From Vicugna vicugna (lineage: Eukaryota): a stretch of 64,000 bases of DNA. The number at the start of each line of letters is the position of its first letter. The stretch's first letter is position 1. Positions 40,918 through 51,602 of the stretch are shown piece after piece. The position numbers and the translations under genes are program-made. The notes beneath the pieces are model-generated. The model was not told where the DNA came from and made no database searches. It saw nothing but the letters and a program-made list of their open reading frames with translations. The stretch covers positions 9,108,239 through 9,172,238 of the forward strand of contig MU058636.1 in NCBI GenBank assembly GCA_013265495.1, read 5' to 3'.

Positions 40918-43823
40918 GTATGGGGCCCCAGGGCCTGTGTCCCGAGGAGCCGTGCTCTTACTATGTGCATGCCCCGAGCTCTCGAGAGAAAGGAGAGAAA
41001 TATCCATCCAATTGAAATACGAATACACATACTCCATTAAATTAAGCTCCTTCAGAAGAAAAAAATGTCAAGGGAATTCATTTCCAGGATTTTCCCTTTT
41101 TTGTAGGGTGTATGTATTAGGGCTTAGGGAAATTTTGAGTGAATGTGCTGGATGGCCTTCTGTTTTGATTCTGCTTTCATTTTCAATGGCTTTTACCTTC
41201 ATGATGGCAATCTGACATTAAATAATAATTTTCCGAGAATAATCTATTACACTACATGATAGCCAAGATGATGGTCTATTTTAGTTTATAGAACACCAAC
41301 AATCCAAAGCTTGAAGCTAGAAAACTTTGTGCTTCTGGAGGGCAGTAAAAGAGGTACAAATTGTCAACCACAGAGGCCTCGAATTCTCTGGGCCTTAGAA
41401 GCTCGTTGTGAATACATTTCACCCGTCCCTCTCCTCCTTCAGACTTTTGGATCATTTCACCCTTTCCTTTTATGAATATAAAGCAAATCAGTTCTCTCTC
41501 ATTCCTCACTCTCTCTGAATTTTTTACTGGCAGAATAGATATAAACTGATGTCCGAATTAACTCTATGCCCTATATGGAATTCTGCTCATCCACTTTGTT
41601 TCTGGTTTCCACCTCTCACTGCTGAAGGTCTTAGGTTTCGATAATCATAGAGCTCCAGGCATTCATCTTCACCTGCTAATAACTTGAGAACAAAGTTTAG
41701 AAAGTGACTGACAGTGATTACTGAATCCGTCATATGTAATGCAACAATAGAAAAATAACATCTTCTACAAAGGAGCTTGCGTTTTCTTCGCATATATGGT
41801 AAAAGTTTGATAAACTGCTATAACCCAAAAGGAGAGGAAAATACTGATCAGTGACTAAATTATAAATTCTAAAATAAGTATTTCTATAATGAGCATGTTT
41901 TACATGAGGGAAACACCTTCTAAATATGGATGATATGACCTTAAACAGAAAATGTTGTTTTAGAAATAAAACAATTCTTTTTGCTAAGACAGAAACAAAA
42001 GTATATGCATATAGTAAACTGACAAATGAAGGCAGAAAAACAGTTAGATAATATTATCTCAACCTGCATCTCCTTTATCCTACAAATGTCAACATGTCAT
42101 TTATAAATGTTTATAATAAAAATGCAGTTGTCTTTTCTGAAATGTATTTTAATTTCTCCTTTTATAGTCCAGATTGAGGCCAGTCCTTTACAATAAAAAA
42201 AATTGAATATAGATTAAAAGTTGAAACATTTTTGTGTTAAGAATGTCTGAAGTGGCAGATAAAGGCTATAAAGTGATTCAGAAAACAACTAGCATGTATC
42301 CTGTAAGAAAACAATAATTGAAGCACTTAAATACTTCAGTTTTCAACTTCTTAGAAATTGGGTTTGTATAATTCAGAGGGTTACAAAACTCAGATGCATA
42401 CAGGGCTAAGATAAGCCATGAAAATGAGTGAAGCGAGGGCAGTGTGAGACAGAGATGGAGGGGTGGAAAATGTTCTTCAGCCAGAAAGTCCATTCCCTGC
42501 CGAGACAGGCTTGCACCATCATAACCAGCTAACTATGCCAGGGAGAAAAGTGCAAAAAAACTAAAAAAAAACCTGTATGTTCCTGTGAAGTTCCCTGATG
42601 TTTAAGTGTTAGAAACCAACTCTTCATTACAGCATCACACAGGTCAAACCAAACGAATTGCTGACCCAGAGGTAATCAGCTATTTTCATCCTCTGGAACC
42701 AGAACCATAAGCGCTCTTGGGGAGAGAGCAATCTAAGACTTATAAACCCAACGGGCTAAGGCTAATGTGGAAATGGCTATACCCAGAGGCAGAATGGATT
42801 TTAAAGATGAGTCGGGCTTACTGACTCAATTTTAAAGAAAAAAATTCATTTCCGTAATTGCCAAAAAATAGAAGTAGAAAAAGAAAAATACATTGGAGAC
42901 ACTTTTTTTGTGCTACGTTTTAAAGGATTATTAACTTAGAATTATAGTGACTGAACTGCCGTTACATCCGAAAGCATCATGTGTTATCTTCTCCAATTAG
43001 AATGATCATGCATTATATTCCTTATTTTCTTTTCTGCGCCAGCTTCTCAAAAGGCATTGTAAAACCAGCAAAATTGTTTATCCAAGTATGACCAGGTGCT
43101 TATTCCTGAGTTCAATAAAATCGATTAATTTTTAATGTTTTAAGAATTTTAAAATGAATGGTTAAAAAGGGTTCTCATTATTGGGTTTAATTTTTATGAC
43201 AATGTAAGAATTATTTTTAGTGAGGAGGGACAGGAGTGAGAGAAAAAAATCACTAACATTTTTCTAAAAAATTTTTTTGTTAATTTCCAAGGTTAACAGC
43301 AGCAACAAAAAGAAGTCTTTTTAAAACGTAATTTGACATGATATTAAAAATGTCAGCTATTTTATACCTAGCTTATCTAGGTATATATATATGGTGTAAA
43401 TACTATTCACACTCAGTAATACCTGTGATCGTATTCATTTGACTTACGTCTTATTGGTTTAGAAATTCTCGGTGAGGATGTTTGGTTATGTCCAGTATTA
43501 AAACTGTTGATTGTCCATTCCATAACCCAGTATTTTTTCAAACTGCGGATCAAATCAATTCAGTAGCTTTGATTAGAATTTTCCGCTGGATAAAATGGAA
43601 TGGAATAGAAAATATTGGTGTGCAATGCATATAGGAAGAGTAGGAATGTTTTTAAAACTTTTTATTCTATTCTATTCACACCCACATGCACACACATACA
43701 CATAAATATACTGGGTCACAGTGTACAATGTATTTCCCATTGTTGGTCACTGTCAAAGAAGCTTAATAAAAACTTCTCATATTCGTGTGTGAAAGATTTC
43801 AATCTGTGATCTTGCTTTTGTAG

Positions 43824-43954
43824 AAATTGAGTTTAAGGAGGGGGACACCCAGCACATTGTTGAAATTGAAATAATCTCCGATGGGGTGAGAGAGATGAGA
43901 GAGGCCTTCACTGTGCACCTAAAACCCGATGAAAATATGATTGCAGAGACACAG
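43824..43954 (+). CDS. FREM2: FREM2 exon 12 (131 nt)
   Basis: tttgtag|AAATT...ACAG|gtaagt; [43 protein letters not shown] (absent from the ORF track). Confidence 0.94.
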
Positions 43955-44737
43955 GTAAGTAATAAAATGTGAATATGAATTTGTGGCCAGCTTTTTATCA
44001 GGGAAAATGCATATAAGCATCACATAATGTAATCAATTGACTTTATACAAGCGTTATGAAAAGGAGGTGCCCATATCCCTTCTCATCTTGTAAAGAAAGT
44101 TTGTTTCCACTAGGAAACAAGAATCAAAAAATTCTTGTCTCTCTCTTGAAAAATCGTGCTTGTGAAACTTAAGGAGGAGAGTCTCTGAGTCCCACATCAG
44201 CCCACTCACCCTTCCCATTTCAGTCAGTAACGACCAAATCTGGAATTAACCTCCATCATCTCAGCACAAAGATGAGACTATTAATTCAGTGCCACATCTC
44301 ATTAAAACAGATATTTTAACCCATAAAACATTTTGCCAACCCTCAAAATTTCCACCTGCTCATTGTAGCTTTGTTAAATTGATATCCAGGGCTTCAGTGA
44401 TCCAAATGTTACAGTGCTATTTTCTGTGTTCATTTAATCTTTTTTGTATCCTCAACCAGACTTTCTTCAAGATAAACATAATTTCTGTAGAATTTTGACC
44501 CTTAAACCTAATTTTTAAAACTAAATAATTCAAGGGACAGACCAATGTTTATAATATCTGTGCTCACATTTACTCTATTTCTTTTATTACTTGTTCCACT
44601 ATTAGTAGGAGATCAAACTGGGCAGATTTTTTTCCCTTAAGTACAGGTCATTTTATTACTTTGTAATCTTTACTACTTGATGGTACTTGGAGTGCCTTGA
44701 ATTTTTTTTCCAAGTCCTATTTAAAATTCAAGAAGTA

Positions 44738-44964
44738 AGAAGGAGATAGACTGGGATTTCAAAATTGTAGAATAGATAAACAAGATTACACTGTATAGCA
44801 CAGGGAAATATACACAAAATGTTATGATAAATCACAGAGAAAAAAGTGTGACAATGAGTGTGTATATGTCCATGAATGACTGAAAAATTGTGCTGAACAC
44901 TGGAATTTGACACAACACTGTAAAATGATTATGAATAAATAAAAAATGTAAAAAAAAAGAAAAA
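44738..44964 (+). mobile_element. Short LINE-1 3' UTR insertion with perfect 15-bp TSD
   Basis: TSD aaaattcaagaagta at 44723-44737 and 44965-44979; canonical TT|AAAA target; same subfamily as 22734-23473. Confidence 0.95.
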
Positions 44965-45792
44965 AAAATTCAAGAAGTAGGGGCAGAAAATCTTTTTCAA
45001 ATGTAGTTTTAGGTCCTGATCATATAAGAAATGAGTCTTTTATTTATATGGTGCACTGTATTAAACTCTTTCGAGTAAGAAATACACAGATTCATGCAAA
45101 TCACTTCAAGTGATCAAAGCTTCCTTTGAGAAGACACACATAAATACAGGCTTGGAAACTATGATGTGTCATCGGATATTGGAAGATTATTCAGGAGCTA
45201 AGGCAAATGTATCAGCAAGGTGTTCTTGTCACCTTACCAGCAATAGATGCTCGTAGGTTCCTCCTCTGCCTGTGACTCAGCTCCTCCCTCTCCCGGTGAC
45301 TCAGCTCCTCCATCTCCCTGTGCCTCTGGCCCCTGCTCATCTACAGCTTCGCTTTTCACTGAATCCACTTCCGCAGGCTCCATGTGATCCCACGAACTCT
45401 AGGATCTGCCTTCTCGCAGTGTCTTCCGGCTTTCTTCCCACCATTAACTAATTGACTTTTCCAGGGACCCTCCACTTTATCCAAGACAGATTTAGCACCT
45501 TTCATCACAATTTGGAGGAAAAAATTAAAGCCCAAATACCTTGTGGGCCACTGGCCAACCCAGGATGCCCTGGGCTCAGGTACCGTCCCCTGTACCATGA
45601 GATATGACCCAGGTGCCGGGGTCACAGGGAGCCAAGCACGTAGGGCCTGTCACGACACGGGGGCTCTGGGTGTGACCATTTTTATTATAACGATGCCATG
45701 GACTTGCCAAGCATTGTGAGTACTGGCTGCACAATTGAAGCACCGAGAGTCTAATATTTCAGTCATCACGGATCGTTACCTTTTCCTTCCAG

Positions 45793-45951
45793 ATGACCAA
45801 AGCCATTGTGTATATAGAAGAAATGAACAGCATGGCAGATGTCACTTTTCCTTCGGTCCCTCAAATTGTGTCCTTACTGATGTATGATGACACCTCCACA
45901 GCCAAGGATAGTGCTGGACCCGTGGCTGGTTATCCTGTCGTCTGCATCACA
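45793..45951 (+). CDS. FREM2: FREM2 exon 13 (159 nt)
   Basis: ccttccag|ATGAC...CACA|gtgagt; [33 protein letters not shown]...GYPVVCIT. Confidence 0.95.
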
Positions 45952-47039
45952 GTGAGTAGGAAGTTGAGGAAAGGCATAAAATAATTACTTAAAATGAATA
46001 TATTGTAAACATTAACCAATATAGTAGGGGCTTCATCGTGATAAAACAAAAGTGGAAAAATACTGCAGGATTTAATCTTCGAACTTTGGAAGGGAAAATA
46101 GAACATTAATCCAGTAGAGCTGCCACTTTTCTTCATTCAACAAAGGCTCACGAACTGCTGTGCATATAGTGTGTTGTCTCATACTGTCTCAGGGTCTGTC
46201 ACTGAGAGAAAAGTAAATAAGATACAAACTCTGCGTGCAAAGAATTTAAAAATAAGAGAAATATATATTAGAATGAGTCACTCTGTTATAGGGCGCAATG
46301 TGATCATCAGCATGAAAATGATACAGACCAGGAGACAGAGTGGCAGCTCCCCCTGCGAAGGAAGGCTTGCGATGGTCAGGTGCACTGTCAGTAGTTTGAG
46401 TCACATAAGGAAGAGTCACCCCAGGCAGAAGTGGTTCCTGCACAGGCTGCACCTAGAGGAAGAGCATAAAGATGGCATATTATCATTACTTTTTAAGTTG
46501 CCTTCTCTTGGCTGTAAATTATAAGCCCCTTGTGAGCAAAGACTGGGAAGCATTTATTTTTATATCACAGCAGTCCTGGTATAATGACCTATGTGTCGTA
46601 GGTATACAGTCAATGTTTATTGAATTAACAAAGCAGAAATAGTAATGGGATGCAAGTTACAGAGGCCTTGAAGTGTCATATTAAGGAGTGTGGACTTCAT
46701 TTGTTGGGGAGCCAGCAGCTCTTGCGCAGAAGAAGGTCATGAGAGGAGGGTGGTACTGGAGTGTTACCGTGGCAACAGCAGTTGCGCCTCTGAAGATTCA
46801 AGAGATGATGAAATGAGTATCACTTTTACTGGTATCAAGTTAGATGTAGAAAAGCCCAATGCGTTTTTGAAATGCAGGCTTAGAGTTCATCAAATCTAGC
46901 TAGCATGGCTGGGAAAAGGAATTTGAAAGTTGCATGAATGGCATATAGAACTGGAGGAAAGAAAGAGTAAGGTAGAACTTGAGAGGAATAATGTCCACTT
47001 TGTTCGGCACTCTGGCGCTGACACAGTTTTCCCCCATAG

Positions 47040-47343
47040 GCTTGCAACCCCAAATATCCAGACTATGATAAAACAGGCTCGATTTGCGCCAGTGAGAACA
47101 TCAATGACACTCTGAGCCGGTACCGATGGCTGAGCAGCGCACCCGCGGGTCCTGACGGCGTGACCAGCCCCATGAGAGAAGTGGACTTTGACACCTTTTT
47201 CACGTCGTCCAAGATGATCACTTTAGACTCCATATACTTCCAGCCTGGCTCCCGGGTGCAGTGTGCGGCCCGCGCTGTGAACGCCGAGGGCGATGAAGGC
47301 CTGGAGCTGATGAGCCCTATTGTAACCATCGGCAGAGAAGAAG
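47040..47343 (+). CDS. FREM2: FREM2 exon 14 (304 nt)
   Basis: cccatag|GCTTG...GAAG|gtagct; [35 protein letters not shown]...[10 protein letters not shown]. Confidence 0.95.
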
Positions 47344-49297
47344 GTAGCTAGTGCACGGCTGTGATGCCAGGAAGGTCGCGGGAACGCCATGGGATGTTAT
47401 CAGTGTCTAATTTCTGGTTGTTCATTCCTCCCAGTGCCCCATGTATTCCATAATCCTCTATAAGTGCTTTAAAATAAGCCATTTTCACAAAAATATTCAT
47501 GAGAAAACAAATATTTAATCATTTTGCATTTTTCGATCACTGCTCATATGTCATGCTTTTTGCTGTCAAATGAAAAATAAGGCAGGATTCCTGCCCTCCA
47601 GGAGTTCATACTCCCGTTGTTTAAGTCTGGATAGGGCAGCACAGAAATATAAAAGTAGCAGTGATTAGGTGTAACCTGCACAGATCAGGAAAGGCTCCAT
47701 CAAAGAGGAGACGCTTAAGCTGGATCTTGAAAACAGCAGAGAGGAGAAGCATGAGCCATGACTCGTAGGAACATGAAAAAGCGTGGAATACTCTGGGAAC
47801 TCCAAGCAGAGAAGTCAGCAGCGTGTGAGGGAGAAGAAGGGGGATCAGGAGATGCAGCAGATGGTCCCAAGGGTCAGATCTGGACAGGGGGGCTCACATG
47901 TGATGCCACGGCACCCCCACTGGTAATGTTGGATGAGCAGGAGTTTGCTGGGGACAGGAGGGGAGGACAGTCCAGGTAGAGAGCTACGCACAAATGCCCA
48001 TACCTTGTTACTACAAGGGAGGTTGAGTTCAGGGTTGGAGCCCGGACACAGAGGAGGTGGGAAATAGATGTGGCTGGAGACAACACTGAAAAGACAGGAA
48101 ATCCACTTTATAAACCAATTCTTTACTCTGCGGAAGAATTTTTAAATCAGATTTTAAAAATAAGTATCTTTTTATAAGATTCTATTTCTAAGAATTCCAT
48201 TCGTATAAAATGCTTCAGAAATATATTTATTGCATTGGGAAAGGTTATATAACCATCTCCCAACCTCATGTATTCAGGATCAATATTTATTGATATCACA
48301 TACAGTAAACATGTTCTTTTATTAGGATTAAGATATACGGTTGTTAAATTTCTCATAAAACCAAACTATTGTGTTTGTACCAAAAAAAAAATTAAACAAT
48401 GCTTTAAAATGAGCCCCCTCCAATGAATGAAACAGACATCCCAGACGCCAGGGCCTGATTCTGATTTTATTGCTATTCTGAAAAATCTGTATATTTTTCC
48501 TACGTTTTCTAGAAACAGAAAAGAATTTATGTATTGCCTAGTTTTCTCAAAATTGTAATCCAGCATTGTGGGAATCTCTTCCATGATACTAAAAGGAAAA
48601 TACCACAATTCTCTTAAAGCAAATGTTGGAGGAAAATGTTCATGTCAGCTCTCTTGGGGGAGATAGGTAGATATAAAATGAGTTATAATTTATAATCCAT
48701 ATACTCTAAAAAATTACATACATAGAGAAAACTCTACCATATACATTTTGCTCTCTAAGGAGACTAGTTTTTATTTTTAAAATGAGCGCATTTTTAGTTT
48801 TATTTGATTATAAATAATGTGTATTTTATAACCGGTCATAACTATATTATTCTAGGGTAAACATCCAATTTACTGAAACTACAATTACTTTCTTCCCTTG
48901 TCTGTCAATTATTTTTCACTATGTCTGTTCACATTCTCTATTCGAATGATTTCTTGAATATGATCGTAACGAAGGATGCCCAGCACATACTAAATCACAG
49001 TGAACACTAAAAAGCAAAAGAAAAAGAAAAAAAGAAAAAAAAACCCACAATGAACAATAACTATTTTTTCTCAAACTGTATAGAATACCCAAAATGTTAA
49101 GAAGTAGCCACTGAACTGTCTGCTATGATGACTTCTCCAATTATGGTCTTCTGCTTTCTCATACTATCCACTCTCAGCAATGCTTTAGTCCACGGAAAGT
49201 TTTAAAGTACATAGATAAAGAGTGCCTATGTTTAAGATATTCTGTAGGTGGGGACTCTTCTCTTCTTTTAGCGTGCATCTCTTCATTTTGTCTTGAG

Positions 49298-49429
49298 GTC
49301 TTTGCCAGCCCCGGGTGCCGGGCGTAGTGGGAGCAGAGCCCTTCTCAGCAAAACTGCGCTACACGGGCCCCGAGGACTCCGAGTACACAAACCTGATCAA
49401 GCTCACGGTCACGATGCCGCACATAGACG
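49298..49429 (+). CDS. FREM2: FREM2 exon 15 (132 nt)
   Basis: tcttgag|GTCTT...GACG|gtaggt; [43 protein letters not shown]; uncommon GAG acceptor, but it preserves the frame. Confidence 0.92.
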
Positions 49430-49512
49430 GTAGGTGACTCGGGTAAGCAAGTCCATGGGGGTGGTTGGGCTTCTCTGCTGCTCGTTCGCTACCTGGTTGG
49501 TTTTACTGAATA

Positions 49513-49923
49513 TGAGCAGCCCTCATTTTATTGTGCTTTACAGATACTGTGTTGTTTAGAAATTGAAGTTTTGTGGCAACTCTGCTCTGAGCAAGTCTAT
49601 CAGCATCGTTTTTCCAACAGCATCTGCTCACTTTGTGCCTCTGTATTGTGTTTTGGTAATTCTTGCACTATTTCAAACCCTCCACCAGCAAAAAGATTAT
49701 GACTCACAGAAGGCAAAGGTGATGGTTAGCACTTTTAGCACTTTTAGTACATACATTTTTAGACATAATGTTATTACACACTTAACAGACTACAGTAGAG
49801 TTTAAACGTAACTTTTATATATACTGGGAAACCAGAGAATTCTTGTGACTTGCTTTATTGCAATATCTGCTTTATTGTGTTGGTCTAGGGAAAAAAACCC
49901 ACAATAAAACCGAGGTATGCTTG
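49513..49923 (+). mobile_element. Internally deleted Tigger1-type DNA transposon (MITE)
   Basis: Tigger1-like 5' part (tgaagttttgtggcaactctg...agcaagtctatc) joined near 49679 to the 3' part (cctccaccagcaaaaagattatgactc...gaggtatgcttg); TA at both ends. Confidence 0.85.
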
Positions 49924-50132
49924 TACTCTGAATAACCAAACATACAGTAAGCGCTCAATTTATAATTTAAGCTTTCAAGCCCTGCTTCTGTCAAGTATTT
50001 CTGTTTTCCTTCTGCCCAGGTTTTTTTTTTTTTCAAAATCTGCAATTTTAGCCTTTTTATAAATTAGATAAATAGCTTTGAGAATGTCCTAAGACCGAAA
50101 AGTTTGAAAACGATCACTACAGAGTAGCGTTT

Positions 50133-50440
50133 AAGGGTTGGCAAACTTCTTCTGTAAAAAGCCAAATTGTAAATTTGTGCTATACAATAGAACTTACTGT
50201 TTGTGTATTTTAGGTATAGTAATTGACAGCTGCATTCTTCTATCTGCTTCTGCATTCAATCTATTGTAATACATAATATTTTGTAGCCTCTGGAAAATTC
50301 CACCGTGCGCTACTGAGAAAATAAGCCTGGAAAAGTCAAATAATAGCTGAGAGTCGAGAAAACAGCTTTAATGTTACAGATCTCCTGAAACGTTCTCGGG
50401 ACCCTCGGGGGCCTAAGATACCACTTTAATAATCCCTGTT
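50133..50440. mobile_element. hAT-Charlie-like MITE remnant (MER58-like start)
   Basis: Begins agggttggcaaacttcttctgtaaa and ends accactttaataatccctg. Confidence 0.5.
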
Positions 50441-50551
50441 CTGCAGTATTTTATAGCGCTTGTCTTCTCAAGAGATAAAGCGATTATGAAGTGCCCTAAG
50501 CCTGCTGCTGTTGGTGAGACTGGTCACGGTGATTACAAAAATTCCTTGTAG

Positions 50552-50883
50552 GCATGCTCCCTGTGATCTCCACCAAGGAGCTTTCCAACTTCGAGCTCAC
50601 CCTCAGCCCCGACGGCACTCGGGTTGGAAACCACAAGTGCTCCAACCTCCTGGACTATACGGAAGTGAAGACCCACCACGGTTTCTTGACGGATGCTACA
50701 AAAAATCCGGAAATAATTGGAGAGGCGTATCCTTACCAGTACAGCTCATCTATCAGGGGTTCCAATACCTTACGCTTCTACCGAAACCTGAACCTGGAGG
50801 CCTGCTTATGGGAGTTTGTTAGCTACTATGACATGTCAGAACTGCTCACGGACTGCGGAGGCACCATTGGAACAGATGGGCAG
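50552..50883 (+). CDS. FREM2: FREM2 exon 16 (332 nt)
   Basis: cttgtag|GCATG...GCAG|gtacgg; [35 protein letters not shown]...[11 protein letters not shown]. Confidence 0.96.
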
Positions 50884-51411
50884 GTACGGGTTTCTTCTAG
50901 CATCTCAGCTTTGCTCACTGGGTAAACCAGTTGGTTTTGTTCAGTTGCATGGACTTGGAATAAATCCCAATTCTCGTCTTCCTTCTTGGTGATATAGGTT
51001 ATTAGGCAACAAGAAAAAGCAGATCATCATGCTGTAAGCCCCAAATCTACTTGGATACTACAAAATCCAAATACTGGTTTCTCTTCAAAGTAAACACTTT
51101 CATTTCTTATGTTTTACATGGATCCTATGACATATTATGAACCGTCTAAAAATGAAGATTGACTTACAGTCCTCAGGGTCAGTCTAGTTTTTCTCCCTTC
51201 TCGTTGTCTTTCTTCTTCCGCCACCTTCTATGTTTCTCTCCTTCTATCCTCATTTCTCTCCCTTTTCTTTCTAGTTTTCTCTTCTTTTCCTCCTTATCTG
51301 GTTGCTTCATTTCTAACATAGGCAAACGTATTTTTGTTTAAGTATTATTATTTCTACTCTACAGTTTACTAATTCCTCTTCATACTACACAGACAGACAT
51401 TTACACATAAA

Positions 51412-51440
51412 ACATACACACACACACACACACACACACA
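51412..51440. repeat. (CA)n microsatellite
   Basis: acatacacacacacacacacacacacaca. Confidence 0.9.
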
Positions 51441-51494
51441 ATCCCCTACTTGGTCACCACCATCAGCATCAACAAAATTATTGTTAAAATAGTA

Positions 51495-51602
51495 GGGAAG
51501 TGGGTGAGTATAGCTCAGTGGTAGAGTGTGTGCTCAGCATGCGGGAGGTCCTAGGTTCAACCCCCAGTACCTCTATTTAAAAAATAATAATAAAAAAATA
51601 AA
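51495..51602 (+). mobile_element. tRNA-Ala-derived SINE (camelid Vic-1-like)
   Basis: A box tagctcagtgg, B box ggttcaaccc, tRNA-Ala-like body and A-rich tail. Confidence 0.85.

Noticed and set aside
51495..51575. Functional tRNA-Ala gene
   Set aside because: The anticodon loop tcagcat lacks the invariant U33, the anticodon stem is mismatched, and an A-rich tail follows. This is a SINE.
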